The notes under the pieces were generated by a model. It worked only from the letters and a program-made list of their open reading frames with translations. It did not search any database and had not been told where the DNA came from. A stretch of DNA of 64,000 nucleotides. It comes from Pseudomonadota bacterium (GTDB lineage Bacteria; Pseudomonadota; Alphaproteobacteria; Rhodobacterales; Rhodobacteraceae). This document shows, in pieces, positions 21,249-30,904 of this stretch (position 1 is the first letter of the stretch; every line of letters starts with the position of its first letter). Position numbers and translations under genes: made by a program. The DNA lies in contig JBCCXN010000015.1 of the NCBI GenBank assembly GCA_039191495.1, positions 45,968 to 109,967 of the forward strand, read 5' to 3'.

Positions 21249-21617
21249 TTGGGGCGCATTTGCAATAGCCTGTGGGCTTTTGAGTTTAGCCTGGTTTGCA
21301 GACGCCCCTTGGTAAATCTGGTGTATATGGGGTGGGGTGGGGTGGGCGTTTGGCTGGCGTGTCTGTTGCTTTGCAACGGGCATTCTGGTTTGCGGCTGGA
21401 TCACGAGACGCTGACGTTTTCTCCTTTCCGCAATCCGCGCGTGTTACCTCTGGCAGGCATTGCGAAAGTTGTGATGACAGATTGGAGTGACGGTTGCGAC
21501 GTGGTGATCTGCTTGAATGATGGCGAAAAGATCAGCGTTGCGGATCAAGATCGGCCGCCAAGTCGCATATTCGAAAGAGAATTGCGCGCGCGGGATATCA
21601 ACGTTGAGCGCCGTTAA
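21249..21617 (+). CDS. hypothetical small membrane protein, possibly the 3' part of a frame-split gene
   Basis: Open frame with one hydrophobic helix (GWGGVGVWLACLLLC) followed by a small soluble domain. A 37-codon ORF in another frame (GTG 21202..21315) encodes a further helix directly upstream. See finding. Confidence 0.4.
   Translation: MGRICNSLWAFEFSLVCRRPLVNLVYMGWGGVGVWLACLLLCNGHSGLRLDHETLTFSPFRNPRVLPLAGIAKVVMTDWSDGCDVVICLNDGEKISVADQDRPPSRIFERELRARDINVERR
21329..21346 (+). repeat. (GGGGT)n pentanucleotide repeat / canonical G-quadruplex motif
   Basis: GGGGTGGGGTGGGGTGGG read directly: four G-runs of 3 or more separated by single T. Confidence 0.9.
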
Positions 21618-22429
21618 GATCGCCGGTCTTCTTCTTTAACGAGGTCCCAAAGCGCGTCCATCTCTTCCAGTGTGCTGTCGCTCGGTGTTTTGCCCAATTC
21701 GTTGAGTTTGGCCTCCACACCTTCAAAGCGGCGCGTGAATTTCGCATTAGTCGCGCGCAGTGCGGCTTCGGGGTCCAATCCCAAATGCCTTCCGAGATTG
21801 ACCACCACAAAGAGCAAATCGCCGAATTCCTCTTCGATTTCGGATTGGCTGAGGTGATCGCGGGCTTCGACCAGTTCACGCGCCTCCTCGACGATTTTAT
21901 CGATGACCTGGTCGGTGGACGGCCAGTCAAACCCGACACGCGCGGCGCGTTTTTGTAGTTTTAGCGCGCGCAGCAGAGCGGGCAGGCCTATCGCCACACC
22001 GTCCAGCGCACCTTTTTGCGCTTTGCCCGCCCGCTCCACAGCTTTGATCTTTTCCCAGTCGGCGCTTTGCTGTTTCACGGATTTGTCGCGTCTTTCGTCG
22101 CCAAAGACATGTGGATGGCGCGCGACCATCTTGTCACTGATGGCACGCACGACCGTTTGGAACGAAAAATGGCCTAATTCTTCGCCAATGGCTGTGTGAT
22201 AGACCGATTGAAGCAACAAATCGCCCAATTCGCCTTCCAACTCCGCCCAGTCGCCGCGTTCGATAGCGTCCGCAACTTCATACGCTTCTTCAATGGTATA
22301 AGGCGCAATCGTTTGAAAAGTCTGTTCGACATCCCAGGGGCAGCCAGTCTGGGGATCGCGCAGGCGGCGCATTATCTCCAGCAGGCGCTCGATTCCAGCG
22401 CTACTGTCGTGGATAAGATCATCAGCCAT
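21614..22429 (-). CDS. mazG: nucleoside triphosphate pyrophosphohydrolase MazG
   Basis: Start at MADDLIHDSS (ATG 22429). Tandem MazG domains (CPWDVEQTF...EEAYEV...E.GDLL, repeated). Confidence 0.88.
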   Translation of the reverse strand: MADDLIHDSSAGIERLLEIMRRLRDPQTGCPWDVEQTFQTIAPYTIEEAYEVADAIERGDWAELEGELGDLLLQSVYHTAIGEELGHFSFQTVVRAISDKMVARHPHVFGDERRDKSVKQQSADWEKIKAVERAGKAQKGALDGVAIGLPALLRALKLQKRAARVGFDWPSTDQVIDKIVEEARELVEARDHLSQSEIEEEFGDLLFVVVNLGRHLGLDPEAALRATNAKFTRRFEGVEAKLNELGKTPSDSTLEEMDALWDLVKEEDRRS

Positions 22430-22493
22430 TGCGGTCCCCGTCGCTTCGGTGTCAGATGCGACAAGACAGAAACACAAACGAGGAGTCCAGACC

Positions 22494-23663
22494 ATGCCCG
22501 TTGTTAACCGGATCGCTGACATGAGCGCCGACATAACGGCGTGGCGCCGGCACTTGCACACGATTCCGGAACTGGGACTCGAATGCCATAAAACGGCGGC
22601 TTTTGTAGCTGAAAGGCTGCGTGAATTTGGTGTCGATGAAATCTACGAGGGGATTGCCAAGACAGGTATTGTTGCGATCATAAACGGGCAGGGCGAAGGA
22701 CCAACCATCGGGCTGCGCGCGGATATGGACGGGCTGCCCATCGACGAGGAAACAGGTGTCGATTACGCGTCGACGCATCCGGGCAAAATGCATGCCTGCG
22801 GTCATGACGGGCACACCGCCATGCTACTGGGGGCCGCGAAGTACCTTGCCGAAACACGAAATTTCTCGGGTCGCGCAGCGCTGATTTTCCAGCCGGATGA
22901 AGAAGGTGGTGGCGGTGGCGAGGTCATGGTCAAAGAGGGGATCATGGAGCGTTTCGACATCGGACAGGTCTTTGCGATGCACAATGCGCCCGATCAGGAA
23001 ACCGGATCGTTTCACCTGAATGATGGGGCCATGATGGCGGCGGCGGACGAGTTCAATATCTACGTCTCAGGTGTCGGCGGTCATGCAGCGATGCCGCATA
23101 CGGCTGCTGACCCGCTTCTTGCAGGATGCGCCATTGTTCAGGCGCTGCAGAGCATCGTAAGCCGAAATACGGACCCTCTTGAGCAACTTGTGGTGTCGGT
23201 CACGCAGATCCATGCAGGGACAACACACAACGTCATCCCTGCCAACTGCCATATCTGCGGCACGATCCGCACGTTGAGCAAGGATGTGCAGACCATGGCC
23301 GTGCGGCGCATTGAAGAGATTATTTCGGGTCAGGCGGCCTCCTTTGGCGTTCAAGCGCGTCTTGAAATGAAATACGGTTATCCGCCGACCATAAATCATC
23401 CGCCAGAGGCGGATTTCGCAGCGACTGTTGCAGCGGAGGTTGCAGGCGACGCACATGTAGATACCAAGAGCCGCCCGATCATGGGGGCAGAGGATTTCTC
23501 CTATATGCTTGAAGCGCGGCCCGGCGCCTACATAAACCTCGGTCAGGGATCCGGTCCGATGTGCCATCACCCCAAATACAATTTCAACGATGAGATCGGC
23601 CCCGTGGGCGCATCGTTTTTTGCGCGTCTTGTCGAACGCGCGCAGCCGGCGAAAGGCGCATGA
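22494..23663 (+). CDS. M20-family amidohydrolase (N-acyl-amino-acid / hippurate hydrolase-like)
   Basis: ATG 22494 preceded by AGGAG. WRRHLHTIPELG, MHACGHDGH and FQPDEEGGGGG motifs of the M20D subfamily. Confidence 0.85.
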   Translation: MPVVNRIADMSADITAWRRHLHTIPELGLECHKTAAFVAERLREFGVDEIYEGIAKTGIVAIINGQGEGPTIGLRADMDGLPIDEETGVDYASTHPGKMHACGHDGHTAMLLGAAKYLAETRNFSGRAALIFQPDEEGGGGGEVMVKEGIMERFDIGQVFAMHNAPDQETGSFHLNDGAMMAAADEFNIYVSGVGGHAAMPHTAADPLLAGCAIVQALQSIVSRNTDPLEQLVVSVTQIHAGTTHNVIPANCHICGTIRTLSKDVQTMAVRRIEEIISGQAASFGVQARLEMKYGYPPTINHPPEADFAATVAAEVAGDAHVDTKSRPIMGAEDFSYMLEARPGAYINLGQGSGPMCHHPKYNFNDEIGPVGASFFARLVERAQPAKGA

Positions 23664-23666
23664 TCT

Positions 23667-24638
23667 GTGGCACTGGAAGATGCCAAATCAGAGATTGATC
23701 ACGCCTTTACGCGCGACGACCTGAAGGGGCCCAGTTTCGAGAATGTATTTGGCGGCGCCACATCTTTTTTGCGCCGGCGCTACACCAAGGATCTGAGTGC
23801 TGCGGACATCGCGGTCACGGGCGTTCCGTTCGATCAGGCAGTGACCAACCGGACCGGTACCCGGCTGGGTCCACGGGCCATTCGGGAGGCCAGTGCGCTT
23901 CAACCTTGCGACCCGCCCTATGGATGGCCATTTGATGTGTTGAGCGAATGTGCAATCATCGATTACGGCGATATTGCCTTTGATTACGGGCACACGCCCA
24001 GTTTTCCAGGGCTTTTGACAGAGCATATCCGCGGCATTCTGGCCGCTGACGTGACGACAGTCACCCTGGGCGGAGATCACTACATTACCTATCCGATCCT
24101 GAAGGCCTACGCCGAAAAATACGGCCCGGTAAGCCTTCTGCAGTTTGATGCGCACTCTGACAGTTGGCCAGATGATGACTTTGATCGCATTGACCATGGA
24201 ACGTTTGTCTACAAAGCCATCAAATCCGGTATTATAGATGCGGCAACGTCGGTTCAGGTGGGCATTCGGACCACAAACCCTGACCCCATGGGCGTTACAA
24301 CGCTTGATGCGCGCTTTGTCCACGAAAACGGTCCACATGAGACGGTTGGGCGGATCAAAGAGGTTCTTGGGGGTCGCCTGGTCTATCTGACCTTTGATAT
24401 CGACGCGTTGGATCCGGCTTATGCGCCGGGGACCGGTACGCCGGTCTGGGGTGGATTGACCTCGGCGCAGGCATCAATAATACTGCGCGATCTGGCAGGT
24501 ATCAACATCGTGGGCGGAGACGTTGTCGAGGTGTCACCGCCTTTTGATACAACGGGCGCGACCGCGATTGCCGGTGCGCATGTTGCGACGGAACTGCTCA
24601 GCCTGATTGCCTGGCGCTTGCGCAGCGGGGTGGCATGA
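23667..24638 (+). CDS. arginase-family ureohydrolase (agmatinase / guanidino-acid hydrolase-like), paralog 1
   Basis: GTG start 3 nt after the M20 stop. GGDHY, DAHSD, FDIDALDPAYAPGTGTP and VEVSPPFD metal-site motifs. Confidence 0.85.
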   Translation: MALEDAKSEIDHAFTRDDLKGPSFENVFGGATSFLRRRYTKDLSAADIAVTGVPFDQAVTNRTGTRLGPRAIREASALQPCDPPYGWPFDVLSECAIIDYGDIAFDYGHTPSFPGLLTEHIRGILAADVTTVTLGGDHYITYPILKAYAEKYGPVSLLQFDAHSDSWPDDDFDRIDHGTFVYKAIKSGIIDAATSVQVGIRTTNPDPMGVTTLDARFVHENGPHETVGRIKEVLGGRLVYLTFDIDALDPAYAPGTGTPVWGGLTSAQASIILRDLAGINIVGGDVVEVSPPFDTTGATAIAGAHVATELLSLIAWRLRSGVA

Positions 24639-25585
24639 CGGGCAAGAACCAACCCATCAGTGGAAATGATCTCGCACGGTTTTCCGGTCCCAACAGTTTC
24701 ATGCGGCTGCCCATGGTCAACGATCTGTCTGGTCTGGACGTGGTCTTTCTGGGTGTGCCGATGGACATCGGTGCGTCGTGGCGTTCGGGTACGCGCATGG
24801 GACCGAAAGACGTGCGAACACAAAGCGCGATGATCCGACCATACCATATGGGAACCGGGGCCGCGCCCTTTGACAGCCTGCAGGTTGCGGATATCGGCGA
24901 TCTGGCAATAAACACGTTTTCCCTTTCTGATAGTTTATCAATTATTGCAGAAAGTTACGACACGATATTAACCCACAAAGTTGTTCCGATGGCGATTGGT
25001 GGGGATCATTCGATTACCCTACCGATCCTGCGCGCGATGCGCCGCTTCCATGGTCCGATTGCGTTGGTTCACGTGGACGCGCATGCCGACGTCAATGACG
25101 AAATGTTCGGCGAGCGTGAAACCCACGGCACGGTCTTCCGCCGCGCCTACGAGGAAGGGTTGATCATGCCGGACAAGACCTATCAGGTCGGATTGCGCGG
25201 GACGGGTTACACGGCCGAGGACTTTAGCGAAGCACGCAGCTGGGGGTTTCAGCAGTATCCTGCGGAAGATCTGTGGCATCGCAGCCTTGCAGCTTTGAGC
25301 AGCGAAATCCGGCGCGGTATCGGTCCGGATGTTCCGGTCTATATCTCGTACGACATTGATAGCCTCGATCCCGCTTTTGCGCCCGGAACCGGCACTCCGG
25401 AAATCGGCGGTCTGACCACGCCGCAGGCCATGGAGCTGATCCGCGGTTTGAAAGGCTTGAATGTCGTGGGGTGCGATCTGGTCGAAGTCTCTCCGCCTTA
25501 TGATACGTCGGGCAACACGGCGCTGGTTGGTGCCAATCTGCTTTTTGAGATGCTGTGCGTCGTGCCTGGCGTTGCCACGCGTTGA
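24635..25585 (+). CDS. arginase-family ureohydrolase (agmatinase-like), paralog 2
   Basis: ATGA overlap with paralog 1. GGDHS, DAHAD, YDIDSLDPAFAPGTGTP and VEVSPPYD motifs. Confidence 0.87.
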   Translation: MTGKNQPISGNDLARFSGPNSFMRLPMVNDLSGLDVVFLGVPMDIGASWRSGTRMGPKDVRTQSAMIRPYHMGTGAAPFDSLQVADIGDLAINTFSLSDSLSIIAESYDTILTHKVVPMAIGGDHSITLPILRAMRRFHGPIALVHVDAHADVNDEMFGERETHGTVFRRAYEEGLIMPDKTYQVGLRGTGYTAEDFSEARSWGFQQYPAEDLWHRSLAALSSEIRRGIGPDVPVYISYDIDSLDPAFAPGTGTPEIGGLTTPQAMELIRGLKGLNVVGCDLVEVSPPYDTSGNTALVGANLLFEMLCVVPGVATR

Positions 25586-25636
25586 GGCTGCGGAACGCTC
25601 CGCGGGGGATATTTATCGATCAAAGAAGGGTTTAAT

Positions 25637-26044
25637 ATGCGCCTGTTCCTTATTGTGCTGTGTTTGGCCGGCGTCGGCGTGCTGGCCTACATCCGGCTGG
25701 CGCCGGGCGATCCGGAGCGTTGGAATGTGGCGATTGATGCGTCTTCGGACGCGGATTTTGACGGCGGCGCGATCCGCGTTTTGGGCGCATCGCTTGATGA
25801 TTTTGCCACTGCGGACGCTGCCCTGCGGACGCTGCCGCGAACGCGTGTTCTGGCGGGTTCGTTGGAGGACGGGCGGATCACCTATGTCACGCGCTCATTG
25901 GCGTTCGGCTTTCCGGATTACACAACGTTGCAATATGCAGATGGCACTTTGAAAGCGCACGCGCGGCTGCGGTTTGGGCGTTCAGATTTCGGCGTCAACC
26001 GCGAAAGACTGGAGCAGGTTCTGGGGGCCGTCCAGGGAAGATGA
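25637..26044 (+). CDS. DUF1499-domain protein
   Basis: N-terminal TM/signal segment, then ...RSLAFGFPDYTTL...GRSDFGVNRERL, typical of DUF1499. GAAGGG SD. Confidence 0.7.
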   Translation: MRLFLIVLCLAGVGVLAYIRLAPGDPERWNVAIDASSDADFDGGAIRVLGASLDDFATADAALRTLPRTRVLAGSLEDGRITYVTRSLAFGFPDYTTLQYADGTLKAHARLRFGRSDFGVNRERLEQVLGAVQGR

Positions 26045-26272
26045 CAAACAGCCCTCGGTGATCTCGCGCCACATTGGGACGTTCAAAGACATCTGGCATT
26101 GTGCCATGAACATCCGACCATCCACCTGCATGCAGATTGTTTCACCCATTTCGATCCGCGATCCGCTGCGGTCCGTGCAGTAGCATTCCACGGTCTTCCC
26201 GCTGGGGGAGGTGACATCCGCGACAGCCGGTGTGCCAAGAAGGCAAACGAGTAATATCAAACGCTTCATCAT
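25982..26272 (-). CDS. small secreted Cys-rich hypothetical protein
   Basis: MMKRLILLVCLLGTPAVA signal peptide, then a mature part with 5 Cys. The 3' end overlaps the DUF1499 gene convergently by 63 nt, so the true stop/extent is uncertain. Confidence 0.5.
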   Translation of the reverse strand: MMKRLILLVCLLGTPAVADVTSPSGKTVECYCTDRSGSRIEMGETICMQVDGRMFMAQCQMSLNVPMWREITEGCLSSSLDGPQNLLQSFAVDAEI

Positions 26273-26331
26273 GATTGGATAGCACGGATTGCGCCCTTGA
26301 CCAATGGGGCGCAATGTCGGATTGCAAAAGA

Positions 26332-27387
26332 ATGATCCCGCACGAACGATTGCGCCAGATTACCGAACGGCTCCAGTATCTGGAGGCTGTAATGGCTGAT
26401 GGCAGCAGCACGGATGATATCGCGGCGCTGGCCAAGGAATACTCAGATTTGCGTCCTGTGGTTGTTCAGATTGAAGCCTACCAGCGGCTTATGGACGACC
26501 TCAACGAAGCGCGCGCAATGCTGGATGACCCTGACATGGCGCTCTTGGCAGAAGAGGAACTTCCGCGTCTTCAGGCAGCAGTGCCAGAGGCCGAGGCGGC
26601 CTTGCAGATTGCATTGCTGCCGCGGGACAAGGCGGATGCGAAACCGGCCATGCTGGAGATCAGACCGGGCACCGGTGGAGATGAGGCGGCGCTTTTTGCC
26701 GGCGATCTGCTGCGCATGTACCAGCGCTATGCAGACGCGCATGGCTGGGCCTTTGACATTGTCGCGCTTCAGGAAACCGAGCTGGGGGGCATCAAGGAAG
26801 TTGTCGCGCATATCAAAGGAGCCGATGTGTTTGCGCGGCTCAAATATGAAAGTGGTGTGCACAGGGTCCAACGGGTGCCCACGACGGAAAGTGGTGGCCG
26901 CATTCACACGTCCGCGGCGACCGTTGCGGTGCTGCCCGAGGCGGAAGACGTGGATATTCAGATCGACCCGGGCGATTTGCGTATCGATACTATGAGGTCT
27001 TCCGGCGCGGGCGGACAGCATGTGAACACCACCGATTCGGCGGTGCGCATCACACATCTGCCCAGCGGCATTGTCGTGACGAGCTCGGAAAAATCGCAAC
27101 ACCGCAACCGCGAGATCGCCATGCAGGTTCTCAAGGCGCGACTTTATGATCTTGAGCGCAGCAGAGTGGACAGCGAACGCTCCGCCGACCGAGCAGCCCA
27201 AGTTGGTTCGGGCGACCGATCAGAACGTATCCGGACTTACAACTTTCCGCAGGGGCGCATGACGGACCACCGGATCAATCTGACACTCTACAGACTTGAC
27301 GCCGTCATGCAGGGCGATCTTGACGAGATGATCGATGCGCTGACAGCCGACGCGCAAGCGCGTTTGCTCGCCGAGATGGGGCAATGA
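26332..27387 (+). CDS. prfA: peptide chain release factor 1
   Basis: Start at [10 protein letters not shown] (ATG 26332). [17 protein letters not shown] and [19 protein letters not shown] (GGQ) motifs. Confidence 0.94.
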   Translation: MIPHERLRQITERLQYLEAVMADGSSTDDIAALAKEYSDLRPVVVQIEAYQRLMDDLNEARAMLDDPDMALLAEEELPRLQAAVPEAEAALQIALLPRDKADAKPAMLEIRPGTGGDEAALFAGDLLRMYQRYADAHGWAFDIVALQETELGGIKEVVAHIKGADVFARLKYESGVHRVQRVPTTESGGRIHTSAATVAVLPEAEDVDIQIDPGDLRIDTMRSSGAGGQHVNTTDSAVRITHLPSGIVVTSSEKSQHRNREIAMQVLKARLYDLERSRVDSERSADRAAQVGSGDRSERIRTYNFPQGRMTDHRINLTLYRLDAVMQGDLDEMIDALTADAQARLLAEMGQ

Positions 27388-28217
27388 CTGCCGCAGAAGC
27401 CATGATTTCCGCGGTGGCTCGTCTGCGCGCGGCGGGGGTGCCGGATCCTGCGCGCGACGCGCGTCTTTTGCTGGCGCATGCAGCGCGCGTTGATGCAGCG
27501 CGCGTGACCCTGATCGCACCGGAAGACATCGCGCCGGAGATCGCCGAGCGCTACGAGCATCTCGTTTCCTTACGTGCCGTGCGCGTTCCGGTCTCGCAAC
27601 TGATCGGCGGACGCGAGTTTTATGGACGACGCTTTGAAGTGTCGCGCGACGTTCTGGATCCCCGCCCGGAAACCGAGAGCCTGATTGAAGTGGCACTGTC
27701 AGAACCGTTTCAAACCGTGCTTGATCTGGGTCTCGGATCGGGATGCATTTTGATAACGCTTCTTGCAGAACGTGAGGCGTCGACAGGAATTGGCGTCGAT
27801 ATCAGCGAGGCTGCATGCCTTCAGGCCAGCGCGAATGCCGTGCGTCATTGTGTGGCCGGCCGCGCATCGGTTCTCCAGTCCGACTGGTTCAATGCTGTTG
27901 AAGGCAGGTTTGACCTGATCGTGTCCAATCCGCCTTACCTGTCGGAACAAGAAATGTCGGACAGTCAGCCGGAGCTGCGCGATCACGAGCCGCGTATTGC
28001 CTTGACGGACGGTGCAGACGGGCTGACCGCCTACCACATTATTGCGTCACACGCTCAAAGTTATCTCAACGCGCAAGGTCGCGTTCTAGTGGAAATAGGG
28101 GCGACGCAAGCCGACGATGTGCGCCGCATCTTTGCGCACCAGGGTTGGGCTGAAATTGCGATTCTTCCCGATCTGGATGGCCGTGACCGCGTGATCAGCG
28201 CGTCAAAACCGGGTTGA
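27384..28217 (+). CDS. prmC: release-factor glutamine N5-methyltransferase PrmC (HemK)
   Basis: ATGA overlap with prf[14 protein letters not shown] motif and SNPPY catalytic motif. Confidence 0.9.
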   Translation: MTAAEAMISAVARLRAAGVPDPARDARLLLAHAARVDAARVTLIAPEDIAPEIAERYEHLVSLRAVRVPVSQLIGGREFYGRRFEVSRDVLDPRPETESLIEVALSEPFQTVLDLGLGSGCILITLLAEREASTGIGVDISEAACLQASANAVRHCVAGRASVLQSDWFNAVEGRFDLIVSNPPYLSEQEMSDSQPELRDHEPRIALTDGADGLTAYHIIASHAQSYLNAQGRVLVEIGATQADDVRRIFAHQGWAEIAILPDLDGRDRVISASKPG

Positions 28218-28438
28218 ATGCGCCCGCTTTTGTCGGAAATCGGGCGAAAATTCGCCCCTGGAACCGGATTTCTCTTGCAGCAGCCGTTCTGGCGTGTTTA
28301 TTCAGAAGCGTTGCAGCAGTGGATCCGGTTCGGTGGTCCCGCGCGGCAGTAAGCCCTTCACATCGCAACTTTGGACGTTGAACGCGTTCTTTTCACATCC
28401 GGACACACGACAAACAGCACGAAGGCTGAGCGAACTTC

Positions 28439-29014
28439 ATGAAATCTTCAAGATCACGGTCCCGGTCCAAGGGAAACCGCAACAGGTCAAACAACAGCGG
28501 CGGAAACGTTATAAACCGGGTGTTCGACAGTTCGGGGCCAGAAGGCAAGGTGCGCGGTACACCGCAGCAGATCATTGAGAAATACAATCAACTGGCGCGT
28601 GACGCACAGCTGAGCAACGACCGCGTGGCGGCTGAAAACTTTCAGCAGCATGCCGAACATTACACGCGCCTGTTGAGCGAGGCGCAGCGCGAAGTAGAAC
28701 AACGGCGTGAAGAACAAGAACGTCAAAACAGGGAGCGTCAGGCGGAACGTGATCGCGAACGCGCCGAGCGTCAGGAGCGGGAAGCGGCTCATTCTGCCGG
28801 TCAACAACCGCCGTCAGATTCAAATGCAGACGTCATGAACGAGCCGGAAGTTGCTGACAGCGGTCTGGTCGAAACGCCCGAAAGCCAGCCTAAACCGAAA
28901 CGGGCGCCAAGGCGCAAACCCAGGCAGAAACCGGAACCAGAAGCCAGCGCACCTGACGAACCCGCCGGCGAACAACCGGATGGCAGCGACGATGCGGCAC
29001 GCGCCGCGGAGTAG
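28439..29014 (+). CDS. DUF4167-domain protein
   Basis: Basic Ser/Arg N-terminus, VRGTPQQIIEKYNQLARDA...AENFQQHAEHY core, charged RE-rich tail. Conserved alphaproteobacterial neighbour of prfA-prmC. Confidence 0.8.
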   Translation: MKSSRSRSRSKGNRNRSNNSGGNVINRVFDSSGPEGKVRGTPQQIIEKYNQLARDAQLSNDRVAAENFQQHAEHYTRLLSEAQREVEQRREEQERQNRERQAERDRERAERQEREAAHSAGQQPPSDSNADVMNEPEVADSGLVETPESQPKPKRAPRRKPRQKPEPEASAPDEPAGEQPDGSDDAARAAE

Positions 29015-29026
29015 GGCGCGCAATCT

Positions 29027-29869
29027 CTAGGACGCGGTCACAACGCGCGCCAAAGCGCAAAACTCTTCTAATGAGATTTGCTCGGCGCGCGCGGTGGGAG
29101 AAATCCCCGCTGCCGTAAGATGGTCCTCGATGTTGGGGCTCAATCCTTTCAATGCCGCACGGAGCATTTTTCGACGCTGATTGAACGCCAGTGCCACCAC
29201 CTGCGACAAAACCTTTGGCTCGGCCGGGAAACGGGGCTCTGTCAGCGCGCCGAGATGTACCACGCTGCTGGAGACCTTTGGTGGCGGTGTGAAAGCCTCA
29301 GGCGACAGTTGCATGACGATGCGTGCGTCCGCGCGCCACTGCGCTAGGACTGCCAGCCTGCCATACGCCTTAGTGCCCGGTTGCGCGACGATGCGCTCTG
29401 CGACTTCCCGCTGAAACATCAACGTCAGGCTTGTCCAGAAAGGCGGCCATTCCCGTGGCGTCAGCCACCGAACCAGAAGTTCCGTTCCGACATTGTAGGG
29501 CAAATTGGCCACCACGCGGACCGGTGGTTTCAACACGCTTGCCAAATCAGTGTCGAGCGCATCGCCATGCAACACCGCCAGCCGATCCGGATAGTTATCA
29601 GCAATCTCAGCCAAAGCCGGCAAACACCTTGCATCCTTTTCCACTGCGATGACCCGGCGCGCGCCTTCTGCCAGCAGGCCTCGGGTTAATCCCCCGGGTC
29701 CGGGTCCGATCTCTAATACGTCGCATGCGCTCAAATCCCCGGCCTGACGAGCAATTTTAGCCGTCAAGTTGAGGTCAAGAAGGAAATTTTGTCCCAGGGA
29801 CTTTCTTGCGCGGAGATCGTGCCGCTGTATTACATCCCGCAACGGCGGCAGACTATCTATGGCACTCAT
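29027..29869 (-). CDS. rsmA: 16S rRNA (adenine1518/1519-N6)-dimethyltransferase
   Basis: [20 protein letters not shown] and NLPYNV motifs. Confidence 0.92.
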   Translation of the reverse strand: MSAIDSLPPLRDVIQRHDLRARKSLGQNFLLDLNLTAKIARQAGDLSACDVLEIGPGPGGLTRGLLAEGARRVIAVEKDARCLPALAEIADNYPDRLAVLHGDALDTDLASVLKPPVRVVANLPYNVGTELLVRWLTPREWPPFWTSLTLMFQREVAERIVAQPGTKAYGRLAVLAQWRADARIVMQLSPEAFTPPPKVSSSVVHLGALTEPRFPAEPKVLSQVVALAFNQRRKMLRAALKGLSPNIEDHLTAAGISPTARAEQISLEEFCALARVVTAS

Positions 29870-29923
29870 CTTCTTTGATCCTTTAGTGTCCCGGCCTGAG
29901 CCGTGAAAACAAACCCCGTCCCC

Positions 29924-30904
29924 TCAGGGACGTTGTGCAGCCATCCGGGCGGCCATCAGAATGGCTTCTGTCATGCTGGTGGGCGACGCGCGCCCTGTGC
30001 CGGCGATGTCAAATGCCGTGCCATGGTCGGGTGAAGTCCGGATAAATGGCAGTCCAAGCGTAACATTGACGCCGCGGTCAAAATCTATCGTTTTGATCGG
30101 GATCAGCGCCTGATCATGGTACATGGCGATGACCGCGTCATAGCGCGCACGAGCCTGCGCGTGAAAAAGAGTGTCTGCTGGCAAAGGGCCTCGCAGATCG
30201 TAGCCTTCATCGCGCAACGCGCCCAAAAGCGGGCTGATCCAGTCCAATTCCTGTCTGCCCATAGCGCCGCCTTCGCCTGCATGAGGGTTCAACCCGGCGA
30301 CGGACAATCGCGGAGCTGCAATGCCGAAACGATGCTGCAGCGCATCGTGGGTGATCATGATCGTATCACGCAAAAGACCGGGCGTGAGCGTCTCTGCAAC
30401 GTCCTCCAAGGCGATGTGAATTGTGGTTGGCACCACCTTCAAAGCCTCACACGCCAGCATCATGACCGCGCGCGTTTCGTCCCTGCCAAGGGCCTGAAGA
30501 AACTCGGTATGGCCTGGATGCAGAAAACCCGCGCCATCTTTCAGAACTTGTTTGTTGATCGGCGCGGTGCAGAGCGCCGAGGCTTGCGCGCTTTGAACCA
30601 GATCGACACAACGGGCTATTACATCTATGACCGCCTGCGCGTTTTGACCGTCAGGTTTGCCCGGAACAGCCGGTTTCGGAAAGGAATGTGGCAGAACCGG
30701 AAATACGTCACTGTCGAGGCCTGCCACGGCTTGGGGCGTCGCGACCTCGGCAACGGGCGTGTCATTCGGCAAATGCGCGGGGTCGCCCACCCACAATATC
30801 GGCACGTGGTGTTTTAAGGCGCGCCACGCGCCTACCGCGATCTCAGGCCCGATACCAGAGGGCTCGCCGCAGCTGATCACAACCGGGGCGGGCCGGTCCG
30901 TCAT
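29924..30904 (-). CDS. pdxA: 4-hydroxythreonine-4-phosphate dehydrogenase
   Basis: GEPSGIGPEI, HTEFL and TSPDHGTAFDIAG motifs. ATGA overlap with surA. Confidence 0.9.
   Translation of the reverse strand: MTDRPAPVVISCGEPSGIGPEIAVGAWRALKHHVPILWVGDPAHLPNDTPVAEVATPQAVAGLDSDVFPVLPHSFPKPAVPGKPDGQNAQAVIDVIARCVDLVQSAQASALCTAPINKQVLKDGAGFLHPGHTEFLQALGRDETRAVMMLACEALKVVPTTIHIALEDVAETLTPGLLRDTIMITHDALQHRFGIAAPRLSVAGLNPHAGEGGAMGRQELDWISPLLGALRDEGYDLRGPLPADTLFHAQARARYDAVIAMYHDQALIPIKTIDFDRGVNVTLGLPFIRTSPDHGTAFDIAGTGRASPTSMTEAILMAARMAAQRP

Noticed and set aside
24911-24990. AT-rich patch inside ureohydrolase paralog 2, considered as an insertion or embedded regulatory site
   Set aside because: It stays in frame and encodes the normal segment preceding the GGDHS motif (NTFSLSDSLSIIAESYDTILTHKVVP). 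There are no repeats or boundaries.
26275-27387. Checked the release-factor gene for a programmed +1 frameshift site
   Set aside because: The protein is RF1-type (prfA, P-T-T tripeptide region, followed by prmC) and the frame is continuous. The frameshift is a prfB feature.
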